Shown here: one piece after another, positions 1-12,289 of the stretch
Position numbering within the stretch: position 1 is the stretch's first letter
How the letters are laid out: the number at the start of each line of letters is the position of its first letter
DNA from: Eledone cirrhosa
Taxonomy: Eukaryota
Assembly: GCA_964016885.1 (NCBI GenBank)
Contig: OZ024742.1
Span: forward strand, 205,096,001 to 205,160,000
DNA: 64,000 nucleotides
Direction: 5' to 3'
Position numbers and translations under genes: made by a program
The notes under the pieces: generated by a model
The model's input: the letters and a program-made list of their open reading frames with translations, nothing else
Databases searched by the model: none
Told to the model about the DNA's origin: nothing

Positions 1-587
1 TCGATAAAATAAAGTACCAGTAATCCATTGGCTAATTGCTGGCCTTGTGCCAAAAGTAGAAACAATTATTATCCACTTGTCGTACAGCATTTGTTTCTGG
101 TACCAGCTGTCCACAACCAGTGGAATGAAGTGACACCTTCAATTGTCAAGCACTTTTCTGAGTATCCTGGCAGTTCCAAAGAGTGAACATTGAAGAAAGC
201 AGACACAAGAGTCTAATGTTGCTCAAAGTCAACTCATAGATTGTTATGATCATGGATCAGTGACATTGTTGTATTTACACTTGAAAAAAATGGAAGGCAC
301 TGCATTACTTGGCAGATAAAAACTTCTAATCAACCAGCCAAGTTCACATTGTTGACATTAGAATTGATGTTACAATGTTATTTCATGTTCTGTGTTTGTC
401 TCTAAAAATATCAGTCAAATCTTTTTGTGTTAATCTCATTTTGAAATCCTTAATCTCACTTTGAATTAGTAAAGGCTCACTTTAAACTAAGATGTCCTCA
501 ACAATAGGGAGAATATGAAGGATGAACTGGGATGGCAAAATGTTGAGTACAATAAGATGCAAGAAAAAAAAGATTCCCAATAATAAT

Positions 588-776
588 AATTGTTTCTATT
601 TTTGGCACAAGGCCAGCAATTACCCAGTACATTACTGGTACTTCATTTTATCGACCCCATAAGGATGAAAGGCAAAGTTAACCTCAGCGGGATTTGAACT
701 CAGAATGGCAAGGACCGTAACTCTATGCATCAAAGCATGGCGTCCGACCCTCTACCGATACTGTCAATCCACTGCC
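588..776 (-). mobile_element. tRNA-derived SINE family 1 (about 190 bp); a partial + copy also at 1-66
   Basis: A-box-like TGGCAGTATCGG, B-box GAGTTCAAATCCC, conserved central GCCTTTCATCCT..GGGGTCGATAAAAT..GTACCAG and (ATT)n tail; more than 15 copies in the window. Confidence 0.85.
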
Positions 777-777
777 C

Positions 778-1125
778 AATAATAATAATAATGAAAATTA
801 TTGTGTACAGTGCTCAGGTGCACTACAACTCATCAAAGGTGCATGTATAGTACATAGAATAATGTACAAATGTGAGGATACATACGAGCATGTGTGAGTA
901 AGGAGGGGCAATATCAGGTATAGTGTTGGTTAATTTCGGGAATCATGGAAGCTTTGAAGGATGCAGTGTCCTAACAGCTAACAACTGATACAGATAGTTT
1001 GTTCCATGCTTCAGCAACTCTGAGCATGAAAAAACGTTTCTGAAAGTCATGGGAACTGTACTGTTTTCTGATTTTGTAAGCATGTCCATGGGTGTTCACA
1101 CATGGAATTCAAAAAGGTGCTCAAG
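778..1125 (-). mobile_element. CR1-clade LINE 3' fragment
   Basis: Matches the 3' end of the CR1 at 48449-50062; (ATT)n tail. Confidence 0.85.
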
Positions 1126-1732
1126 AAAAATAATAGACCCTAACAAATGTGTGAAGAGGAATTTATCATTTCTGGGAAGTTTTGTATAGACAACTGAAAA
1201 CTGGAGAACATTTTCAACATACTACAAGAAAAAATAAATAAAAGACTGGAAATATTGGTGTTGACAATGTGGAATATAGAGATGATAAACAGTTAATTAA
1301 GTGGACAATAAAACAATGTATATCTATCTGTCCATGAAACATATGCACATATGCAAGGTCTGAACACAAAATAACCACACTCCACTGTCACTGCCCCTGA
1401 CTCTCTCACTATTATGAGCAAATGGGGACCCACGTGCTGTCTGCCAACTACCAGAAAGTCTAGAATTCTGTCTTACCCACACTGACATCTGAGGTACCTT
1501 TGGGACTGATCATGGAGGATACAGAGTGACTAGGGTCACGGGGTGCCATGAATAATCCTAGGCAAAATCAAGTCTTTGGATACCTTTACCAGAAGTCACT
1601 CTGTTGCAAACCTTTTGACCAAACTTCTGCTTTAGCTATATCCTTCTCCCTTTCTGTCAGCAGCAAAAAAATTGGCCCCCAAAATATAGTTCCATGGGGA
1701 CAGCTGTTAACTCTCTCATTAAACAGAGAGAG

Positions 1733-1920
1733 AGAAACATACTTGCACATACATAGGGACACTCATTCACACATACACATTCACAGAGAAACATACTTAT
1801 ACATACACAGACATATTCATTCACACATTCACAGAGAAACATACTTACACATACACAACATAGACACACACACACACATAGACACACTCACTCACACATG
1901 TTCACGCACACACACACAGA
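1733..1920. repeat. AC/ACAT-rich microsatellite and minisatellite
   Basis: Repeated gagaaacatactt..acatacac units and (CA)n. Confidence 0.8.
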
Positions 1921-2059
1921 TAAGTTTCTCTCCAAGGTAGAGTCCTGGACAAAGATTGGAAGAGCAACAGTTGACCAGTATTACAAGTCTCTCCCCTCCA
2001 TGCTATGGATGTTATCTGTCTGGTACAAGTGTCCATGCAAGTGTTACTCTACAGCATGT

Positions 2060-2290
2060 AAACAACCAGAAACAGAACTGCAAGGTATCTCACTCCGGTA
2101 CTTCCACAGTTACTCCCCCAACCTCACACAGTTCTAAACTGGGCCTTACTTTATCAAGGTATCTGATCCCAGTACCCCTACAGTTACTCCAGCCATACAA
2201 TTCTAAACTGGGACATTTCTTTATCAAGTTGTCTCATCAGGGTCTCTAACAGTAGCCCCAGATCACACAGTTTTGAATTGGGACTTTAAC
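2060..2290. repeat. Degenerate tandem repeat of about 70 bp, roughly 3 copies
   Basis: Recurring cagttactcc...ttctaaactggg...tttatcaag. Confidence 0.6.
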
Positions 2291-3039
2291 ACTGAAAAAA
2301 ATGAAAAGCAAAGCTGTTATGTCTCTGTAGAAAAGAAAAAATAACGAATACTTTCCGACTGTTTTAAAGGTCAGATTCGTTCAAAACACACCAAAAACCA
2401 TAACAATAACATAAAATTCGCCTCCAAAGCGAGAGGAGTGCAATCGTAAAAATGTTCCTTGGTTTATCTACATTGAAAGGGAAAACCATTATGTCTCCGT
2501 AGAAAAAGAAATTAACATATAAACTGCTGTCTTCAAAGTTCTTTTATACAGCTATAAAGTTTGCGATACAGGGGATATGGATATTTTACTATATATTTGA
2601 CTGTTTCTGTTTGCTTTATTAATCTTTATATATTTCTGCTAGAAACACCGCCCCGACCTAGGCATAGTCTATCACCATCTCCCCTTTACAATTTCTTTCT
2701 TCTGTTGCCTAATAGTCATTGCTTTTTCACTCCTTTTCTTATCATTTATGGCATTTATAGTCCCTACTCACCACCATAGGCTGGCCAGCCGCAGGCGTGA
2801 GCCTCACGAGTTGGAATGCCGGGGCTGTGGGGAGGCCACCAATATGATTGTTGTCATTTTATCAGTCAACCTGTATAATGTGTTCAGGGAAAAACCAAGC
2901 TTTATACTTAGTCCTTTCCTTTACTCTCCTATACAGCCGAATCTGCCCTTCCTACTTTTTTCATTACTTAATTTTGTTTATATATTTTGTTTTAAATATA
3001 TTCTGTGAACCTTACAAATGCCGCTGTGGTACCATTGTG

Positions 3040-3500
3040 GTTCTTTTCGGTCTCCACCACACTGTCATGCCATTACAGTGCTGGCCACATCACACGTTAT
3101 GCTGCTCTCAACGAGATCATAAAGCATGGCCTGGATGGCGTAGGCTTCCCTTCCCAGCTCGAGCCAGTAGGGTTGGGCCGAGGGGACGGCAAAATGCCAG
3201 TCAGTATGACAATCTCGCGGGTAGGCCAGCTGGAATGCCACATGCTGTGATACCTTCTCTAGTGGCAACCTGGTACATTCGGCTACAAGCCCAGGCTGCC
3301 CGCTAAGCCGAAAAAGGAAAACTGTCCAAGTATCGGCCGCCCTCGGAGAGGTTTGTGGTTGAGTCGTGGAGACTTCCGGAGTTCTTGCTCCCCGGACCAC
3401 ATCCCTACTCACTATCATCGGGGACGAGTTGGCCGTCCACATGTGCGAGCCCCGTGAGATGGAGTGGCTGTTTCAGCGCATCTCCCTCGCTGTCGACCGG
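3040..3500 (+). mobile_element. CRE-like non-LTR retrotransposon fragment (restriction-like endonuclease C-terminus)
   Basis: RYAALNEII...PSQLEPVGLGRGDGKMP and ETSGVLAP...WLFQRISLAV match the CRE-type RLE pattern; frameshifted. Confidence 0.7.
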
Positions 3501-4199
3501 TACCCAAAGGCGGAAGGCAAGTTAGTTGGTGATGGAGAATACTCGTTCGGACGCCACTTCTACAACTAAAGTATATTTACAAATGCAAACATATAATTGT
3601 ATGTTAACTATCTTAGTGATAAGGTGAATAAGCAACTGTTATGTTTAATGGTTTCTTTAGTTTATCAATATAAACTTTTGTCTGTAAAATATAGTTGACA
3701 ACATGTTTATGTATAGAAGATAGTAAAATAAAAATTATGACTATAGACTAAACAAAAAAAATCCTTTCTGCTTGACTAAATCACTTCAACCACAGCAATC
3801 TAACAAGTACTTATTTCTCCAATGATGACACGTCCAAGCTGAAACATCTCTACCCACCTCTCCTTTCTTGTCACAAATTCATTCACTTTATTGCCTGTCT
3901 CCACTGTCCTACTTCCTGTCAGTTCCTTTACTATCTAGTCACATTTTTACATTTATCTTCTTTTTCTCTCTCTCCGTCTTTCATAAGCAGTTTGGTTGAT
4001 TTACAATGGATGTTAAAGAAAGTTACCAACAGCCAGGTATAGTTCTTGTTACCTTCATATCTAAATTTGACCCTCATGATGTGCGGCCGATTGTCGCACT
4101 TGGTGAATTGAAGGTAGTTTTCGTTTTTGTTTCCCCCTTTTTTCTTTTTTCTTCCTTTTTCTTTCTCTCGCTCTGGTCATATATATATATATATATATA

Positions 4200-4536
4200 T
4201 GTATGAATGAAGTAATTCCGTCGGAAAGGTCCAGGAAAAAAGAGTGCTCTATGTAGGTTACAGAGCTTAATAGTTATGTAATAAACAACATAAGGCAATT
4301 ATTTCATTTACCAGTGGTTTCTTGAAAGCAAACAAATTTTGAAAAAATCCTGGTGTATTTATTTTATAAACAGAAGTTATATAATAATGGAAATATTTAT
4401 ATATATATATATATTTACAAACAATGTCAATAAATCCACCAGGATTTTTTCATTCTGATGATTGAAAGCAAAATTTGTTTGCTTTCAAGAAACCACTGGT
4501 AAATGAAATAATTGCCTTATGTTGTTTATTACATAG

Positions 4537-4540
<4 letters not shown>
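4200..4540. mobile_element. Fold-back (head-to-head) terminal-repeat element in (TA)n, probably a Penelope-like pseudo-LTR
   Basis: Inverted arms 4270-4341 and 4469-4540; carries a hammerhead; related element at 12730-12969. Confidence 0.65.
4448..4508 (+). ncRNA. Type I hammerhead ribozyme motif
   Basis: Stem I TTTCATT/AATGAAA; core CTGATGA (4455-4461); stem II TTGAAAGCAAA/TTTGCTTTCAA (11 bp); GAAA; stem III ACCA-C-TGGT; cleavage triplet GTA. Confidence 0.85.
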
Positions 4541-4593
<53 letters not shown>

Positions 4594-4881
4594 AGAATGA
4601 AACGAAATTTCATTTCTCACTCTTAGTACGGCACTTACTTAAATGTAAGTATGTATGTATGTATTCGTACATACATATATGTATACAGACGTACAGTAGT
4701 ATGTATATATATATACATACATGCACACATATATATGCACGTATCGGTTTACCGAACATTTATTATAATGCTCGGTTTGTTTGTTTGTAAATATATATAT
4801 ATATAAATATTTCCATTATTATATAACTTCTGCTTATAAAATATAGTTGACATTATTATATTATAAATAAAATCTTTCCCC

Positions 4882-4913
<32 letters not shown>

Positions 4914-5680
4914 AGTAAATTTATAGAAAAGCACCGCTGGGGATCGCTAAGGATTTTTTCTAGCATGTGCTTTTCTATAGGTTTACTGTTGTCTTCTACA
5001 TAGATTAAAGACTGCCTTAAGATGAATGCATGTGTTAACTAAACCAACTTTTCCCATCTTTTTTCTTGCTCCACGATTTTGCTCAACTGTTGAAGGTGAT
5101 TATCGTACTGGCGAGGGAGTTTGTTAATTTACAAACAAACCGAGTCATTAATTCGGTTAATAAGGTTTTCTACCTTATTTGACCAATAGAACTTACATAT
5201 TCTTGGTGACCGAGTATTCTTCAGAACTTTGTTGTCCCTTTAACATATTCCATTGACAGGATCGTTACACGTACAGCTGGAACTAAAGTGGGGAGTCTCT
5301 CTATGGTTGTTCGACGTGCTAGAAATAGCAGCCAAAACTCCCTCGAACTGTACCCCACCACCCTAAAACAAATGAAATACGCCAAAACTACACCTGATGT
5401 ACCCCTTCCATACACATGCACACGTGTGTATCATGACTCGTGCACTGTTCATTTTACTGATGTTTGTGCATTGCCCTATGTACTGTACATGCACTTTTTG
5501 GATGAGTTGTGGTGCACCTGGGCACTGTACACAATATTTCATTATTGTTTAAATGTAGGATTATTGGATACTACACGTCGAAGAAGAAGACGGATCGGTC
5601 CCGTCTGAAACGTCTTTGAATCTAGCCCTGTTTCACCTGGGATTGAATAATAACTATGTACAGCCACCGGAAATAACATC

Positions 5681-6130
5681 TGTGAAATATACAGCGCCAT
5701 CTACCTGTTAGCTAGCTACTTCAACGTAAAACAAAAGAACCCTTAGAACCTACTAGAATAAACGCCTACACATCGACTAAACAACAAAGGATTGTTCCTG
5801 TATAAATGGAGTGGTTTCCAACACTTCGCCAGTCGACTTTTGGCAGAGTCAGCTAGCGCATCGTTGTTCCTCGCATCTGTCACGCTTTGTCACTCACACG
5901 CCTTGTACCCCGTATCGTCGCTTCATGTGAAAATAAATAGCTGATCGAATTTACATCTCGCCTTGCTTCGTCCTTTCAACTTGTGCTTTCGTCTGTCCAT
6001 CCTCAACAGTTCTTTTAAGGGCTATATGCGACAACAGTCCTTTTAAGGGCTATCTTCATATCTGATCAGACCGTATGCGATAACAGTCCTTCTAAGGACT
6101 ATTCTCGGATCTGATCAGAAGTAGTGACTA
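5681..6130 (+). mobile_element. Possible LTR plus a short internal stub
   Basis: TG start, TATAAAT about 5801, AATAAA about 5932, ...CAACA at 6008, then 3 copies of aacagt(c/t)cttttaagggctat; no TSD seen. Confidence 0.35.
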
Positions 6131-6639
6131 GACTGACTAACCACGTCGCTACATGTACATTCGACAGATTTCCACATAGTTTATCGTCTAATAATTTTTG
6201 CTCTCAAGGCTTGGGTCGACCCGGAGCTGTAGTAGAAGACATTTGTCCACGGAATCGCATGGTGAGGTCGAAACCGGAATCCCGTGATTACGAAGTGAAC
6301 CTTTTTTTTACGAATAAAGATGTCACTATTTATTTGCATCCTCAGTAATTACAGTAGAGAGAGAGAGAAATAAATGTTATGGTTGATTGAGGAGTTGATG
6401 TAATTTTTTTTTGTTGATACTATACTTTTATTTATTTATTTATTTTAAAAATCATAAACTGTTGTCATATTTACAAAAATGATACGCGATGGGGCCCACC
6501 CACAGCCCCGGCGGACGTGTCCTTTGCGATATCATCTTTACGCAATTTAAGTGTTTATTGTAAAATCATTACTACAGAACTATGTTGATAATCGCTTCAT
6601 TTTCTACTTATTTAAAACACGATTAGCTGCTGTTTCTAG

Positions 6640-7185
6640 CAGGTCTGTCGACTACGTAGGGACTGCCCTGTTGGTTCATGTATTTTGCCCTGGCTCGGGT
6701 AAATATCTTTTAGGAGATTGCAACTCCTGCTACAATCTCTTCGGTCCTCGAGCCGGCTGGATTATCCAGAAGTGATGGGAAGAGACCAGACGGCCTTACC
6801 CTTTGTCCCTGGGACGTCACAGTCAGTGATTCTTTTACTCCCTCCCATATCATGGATGCCGCAGTAAATGTGGGGTTGATTCCTTCCGTTGCCGAACGGA
6901 ATAAAATTCGGAAATACCTGTATTTATCTAATTATTATTTTTTTCCAGCCTGTGGCGTTCGATATGTTTGGTGGAGTTAGGCCGCTGACAGCGAAGTTCT
7001 TGTCATCACTGGCGGCTCGCCTTACTGAGGTGTTAGATGATGCCCGTGAGGGTGCCTGGTTGTTTCAACGCCTTAGCCTCGCCATCACCCTTGCCAATGC
7101 TACGAGCGTGTTGATTTGCCTCAAAATGTTCAGTTGACCTTTGTGATGTGCAGCCGATTGTTGCACTTGATGGTGAATGAAAATA
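6640..7185 (+). mobile_element. CRE-like RLE fragment with 3' UTR
   Basis: DGKRPDGLTLCPW and PVAFDMFGG...AWLFQRLSLAITLANA; 3' sequence repeated at 4068-4110. Confidence 0.7.
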
Positions 7186-8039
7186 TATATATATGACAAT
7201 AAACAGGAAGATGTGTAAATATGAAAATACACTCTTGACAGGTGCAATGTGTCCGAACACGGAAGAGCCGAACGCCCACCGTCATCGCCCCCATCTCTCT
7301 GTATAGTGAGCATATGGGGTCCCACGTGCTGGCCGCCCCACAGCCCCGGCGGACAGAATGGAGAACGCATTTTTCCGGAGGATGGTAAGGGAGATGCGCT
7401 AGAAGAGCCATTCCAATTGATGGTCGTTTTTGTTTTTGCTTCCCCCATTTTTTCTTTTCTCTCTATTTTTTTTCGCCTTGTCATGTGTTTTGGTGTTGTT
7501 TTTGTGTGGTTCCTGGCGATGGTTGGTTGTAATTGTTATATGCGTTTATATTTGTGTTTATCAACATTATATTTGTAATGTTATTCTGTAAGAATTGTGA
7601 GCAATCAATAATGTTATTTCTGTGTATATATATATATATATATAATAGAATAATCGAGTATCGGAAAATCGGCGCACGAGTTCACGATAAACAAAATTCG
7701 AGATGAGCGGCAGAGGGCTCCATAATTCAAATAAATCAGAGCTATAACTATCGTTAAAATACCGTCACACGTAGAATATGTCTACAATCAACCAAATAAC
7801 CGAAAAATTGCGATATGGAAGATTCGGGACACTCAGATAAATTATCAATAAATCAATAAATGAAATGAAATATATATATATATATTATTTAATAAAACAT
7901 CTATGTGGAAAAGCATTATGTATGTGTTAGGGTACGTGTTTATGGTTGTTTGTGTGTTAGGACAGTACACGTGTTCTTGTTGCTGTTGCACTGATAATCA
8001 TTGTAGTAAATATTTTATGAATGAATGACATTTACAGTG

Positions 8040-8680
8040 TTTCAGCTCTTCCCTAGTTGTTGAGCAGTCGGACATCGTTGCCTGGACAATGTGGGAGAAC
8101 CCCAGAAGGAAACTGGACCTAGAATCAGTTAATAAACAATCTGTCATCGCTACCCCGTGATACATGCCAGAACAATGTGGGAAAACACCAGGAGCAAACA
8201 GATTCATTTTCCAACTGCCAGGATTAACTCTTGCAGGTGGTCAACTCCACCCAAGGTGATATGGGGACCAAGAATGCCAGAAGTCTCCATCACTACAGGT
8301 TCAATAACAAACCTATCAGAAAGTGATTGATACTTCAACAACTTACAATTTTTGGCCTTAAGTGTGAGGCGGCCAGTACTGTGATGGTGTGCCAGTGAGT
8401 AAAGGCTGAAAACATCTACCATGGATCCAACATTTGTGTTGCTTACAGGTCAGGAAGCCGAGCCTCAGACAAACATTGATGCATAGAGAATCACTGTCCA
8501 GCCAAGTACTGGTTGATAGCAAGGGTCCAGTATTTAATCAGGCACCACTTAGGGTTTAGAGGCAGAGTGAAAACATGTCAAACAGTAATGGTCAAGCCAG
8601 ATGTCCAAAGCCTTGTTGCACTGGATTGTATACCATTTGCATTGGGGAAACTGGATATCTACTGAGTGAAGCTTGAGTTG
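8040..8680 (-). mobile_element. CRE-like RLE fragment (old)
   Basis: KLLKYQSLSDRFVIEPVVMETSGILGPH motif. Confidence 0.55.
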
Positions 8681-9184
8681 GCTCTAGGTTACATAAACCA
8701 CTTCAAGTTTCCTGTTTGCTTTAACTGTCAAACATTCATATTAAAGAGCCCATTACTTGAACAGAAGTCTAAGGCATTTCTGTTTGAATTTAGATCAGGC
8801 TTCAAATCACTCCTTTCCATGTCAGATGATTAGTGTGAACATGTGCGTCTAACCCATGCTAACGTGGAAGAACGGACGTAAAACGGTGATGATGATGATG
8901 TGAATTGAAATCTCACATTAGGATATATGACTCAGTCTTAACTACATCTAACACTGCAGTGACTTCATCAAGGAAGGGAGAGATACACAGCCTATAGAAG
9001 AAAGCTAAGCTAAGATACTTTATTCCCTAGAGAAAAGAAGAGAGATCTACAGCCTGTGGTATACTTTCGTTGATGCATCCTAACAGCAATAACCCAATGC
9101 AAACTCGACAAACTCCATACAGTTGGCACTTCAAGGGAAGCCAAAGAACACATGCCACTTATGTGCAATCATTATTTCCATGAA

Positions 9185-9564
9185 GGGCGGTGGATTGGCA
9201 GTATCAGTAGAGGGTCGGACGCCATGCTTTCCAGCATAGTTACGTCCCTTTACGATCTGAGTTCAAATCCCGCCGAGGTTGACTTTGCCTTTCATCCTTA
9301 CGGGGTCGATAAAATAAAGTACCAGTAATGCACTGGGTAATTGCTGGCCTTGTGCCTAAAGTAGAAACAATTATTTCCATGAATTGGCAGTATCAGTAGA
9401 GGGTCGGACACCATGCTTTGACGCATAGAGTTACGGCCCTTGCCATTCTGAGTTCAAATCCCGCCGAGGTTAACTTTGCCTTTCATCCTTACGGGGTCGA
9501 TAAAATAAAGTCCCAGTAATGTACTGGGTAATTGCTGGCCTTGTGCCAATAGTAGAAACAATTA
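9185..9564 (+). mobile_element. Two tandem SINE family 1 copies
   Basis: Copies at 9185-9372 and 9384-9564, separated and flanked by attatttccatg. Confidence 0.9.
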
Positions 9565-10130
9565 TTTCCATGTCTGAGTCAAAGTTAGCCATTTATAGAC
9601 ACTTAAAACCCAACCAATCAAGTAACCAAAGTCATGGTCCTTATTGACTACTGAAGGACAAATGACCAACTGACCAATTTAGAAAATCTGGAAGGACTAT
9701 CACTAAACTCTAATAGTGAAGGCTGTGTGTATTTCCATAACAGATGCACTATTTCGGAACTGAGACAGTATTCAATTCTACATCTACATTGCCTCAGTTC
9801 CCCTAGTGGTAAGGATTGGATACTACACTCAAGTAAAGGAATGTAATTCATGTTAGACTAGTGTCCTTAATGTTACAGAAATTAAGATTCAATATCCAGG
9901 CCCATGAATCTTTAGAGAATACTTATAGGGTTAACTTCAAAAAGAATTATGATCCAAAAATGAAGTTTTACACATGTATGGTTGCTCGACTCCTAGAATA
10001 CCTGCCAAATCTCACTTAAATTACTCCTACTATCTTAGGAAAAAACATGAGCTGGTCATAGAAGAAGTACTTTTCATCTTAGATTTACTCAGTTACCACT
10101 GATATAGAGTTGAAAATAACATCAACTATA

Positions 10131-10664
10131 CGAGGGGGCTTCAAATAGTTCGCGGAAAAGGACATTTGGAAAAAACTATTTAAGTTATGATTTTTATTTT
10201 TCAACATATTCTCCATCTAGGCCAATACACTTCTGCAAGCATTGATACCAGCCTTTAAGTCCATCTGTGTAAAACTGAGGGCCATACGATTTAAACCATG
10301 ACAAATTAGCTTTTTTTTACATCTTCAACTGGGGATCATCTTCAACTTCTAAAATGACTTATCATTTGTAGGTTGTTGATTTCTTTGGAGTATTGTCCCC
10401 ATAAACTTACTCCAGAGTGTTAATGATTTGGCTACTCTTCCACCCTAGCTTCATTATGAATTTAATGTTTTGATGGAGGCCATGCTGCTTGAGTGGGTAC
10501 TGACTTCCGACTGGTGCCGCTTCGTTGCAACAAGCAATTAAGGGTTCACGTTAGAACATGTAATGACACATTAGTACAAGAATATATAGGTCCATTGAGA
10601 TCAAAATCCCTGCACATGATTTTTAGCTATGTACTTTTTTCACGAACCTTTTGAAGCCCCCTCG
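10131..10664 (-). mobile_element. Internally deleted mariner (Hsmar2/irritans-like TIRs)
   Basis: TA-CGAGGGGGCTTCAAA...TTTGAAGCCCCCTCG-TA; minus-strand remnants NIKFIMKLGWK and CIGLDGEYVEK. Confidence 0.85.
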
Positions 10665-10669
10665 TATAA

Positions 10670-11465
10670 TCTCTATATATATCAAATTCTTTGTCTCTCT
10701 GTTTCCTTATGCATTCTCAAACGGCTTGACCAAATCAAACCAAATTTTACAAGGTATTAGACCCCGAGATTAACATGTAATTTTTACTTTCATTTGGATT
10801 AAAACAATATAACATTTTATCTAAAATATTCTACTATAGACTATAAATAAGTAAACAACATTTCATAACATGACGATGACGTCACATTTTGTATATGAGT
10901 GTGTGTGTGTCTGTGAGTGTGAGGGTGTTTACGCGTTTGTTACATACGTTAGGCCTTAGTAAGTAAATATTTAATCAGATACACAGAGAATTAAACACAC
11001 ACACACATCTACACATACATATACATATGTCTTGACTGACAAGTATATGTGTGTGAGTGTATGTGAAGTTGAATTTAAGAGGCTTCAGTTACCAGTCAAA
11101 CTAAGTTTTGTTATTTCAATTAACAAATCTCAGGGTCAATCCCTCAAGGTAGTTGGAATTGATCTCTCTACTACATGTTTCTCCCACGGTCAAATCTATG
11201 TTGGTTGCTCACGAGTTGGAAGCAGCAACAATTTATACATTTGGATGCCAACAAAAAATTACACAATGAATATTGTTTACTCTGAGGTGCTTGAAGATTG
11301 ACAGATTTTCATTTCTAAATTCTATTATCATTACAATTTTGATATTTTTAAAATAAAATGTAGATATTTTGAAATAATTATGAGAAGAAAAAATCTCCAT
11401 ACTCATTGTTTACTAATCTGAATAAGAATAGCAGTAACCCAGGCAACGTCGGGTCATTCAGCTAG
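10670..11465 (+). mobile_element. Non-autonomous Helitron retaining the PIF1-helicase C-terminus
   Basis: A|TC start; FKRLQLPVKLSFVISINKSQGQSL...FSHGQIYVGCSRV; 3' hairpin ACCC..GGGT followed by CTAG|T. Confidence 0.85.
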
Positions 11466-11989
11466 TATAATAATATAACAGTTGATCGACAAGATCCAAA
11501 ACCTCATTCGCTTAATGAGTGGGGTTGGGGCGGAGCTTGTCAAATCAGACCAAGGAAACAATATTTCCATTGGTCTTTCCAATTTCAGCAATGTGAAATA
11601 AAGTGTCTTGCTCAAGGACATAATGCATGACCTGGTCCAGGAATTGAACTCACAACTTCACAATTGCGAATCCAATTCTCTAACCACTCAGCCACATGCC
11701 CTCACAACATCAACTATGAGCGAATAAAAAGACCACATATTGCTTGACCTGCTAGAAATAGCAGTAAAATTCTCCCTCAAACCACACCCTACTGTTTTAT
11801 AAAATGGAGGAATAAAAAATAATGTAATACTAGATATACAATGTCTGAATAAAGGAGAGAAAGATCTCTGGTGAAATACCTTAAATCATAAATCTGCTAA
11901 AACTATGGCTGATTTAGAGCTAAATAACAACAACAACTATTGCCAGTTACTAATTTCTGTGAAACACTTCCATTACTACTCTATTCTAG

Positions 11990-12189
11990 ATGTTTCTGAG
12001 GAAATTCATAAAACCCTTCTGAGAAGGATAATGGTACTAGATGGTGCTATGGGCACAATGATTCAGAAACATTCATTAACAGAAGAGGATTTTCGGGGAA
12101 ATATGTTTCCAAACCCAATAAAGCCTCTGAAGGGAAATAATGATGTTCTCACTCTAACCAAACCGGATCTTATCTATGACATACATAAG
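11990..12189 (+). CDS. MTR: MTR exon (human exon 2 equivalent): DVSEEIHK...[14 protein letters not shown]...[20 protein letters not shown]
   Basis: ttctag acceptor, gtaaga donor, 200 nt, starts in phase 1. Confidence 0.93.
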
Positions 12190-12289
12190 GTAAGACAATA
12201 TCTCTTTCCATTTATATATATATATATATATATTATACATAAGTAAATTTGTCACCAATATTGGAATCTACCTCTCATATATATATATA

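Noticed and set aside
1478-1558. Possible 81-nt minus-strand exon (cctag..gtaag; LFMAPRDPSHSVSSMISPKG)
   Set aside because: No recognisable homology or partner exons, and it sits among repeats.
5575-5617. Hammerhead-like AGACGG/CCGTCT stem followed by GAAACGTC
   Set aside because: The core reads CGAAGA rather than CTGANGA and no stem I can form; at best a decayed remnant.
11990-12022. Out-of-frame ATG at the start of exon 2 as a regulatory uORF
   Set aside because: Homology to MTR extends upstream of the next in-frame Met, so this lies within coding sequence.
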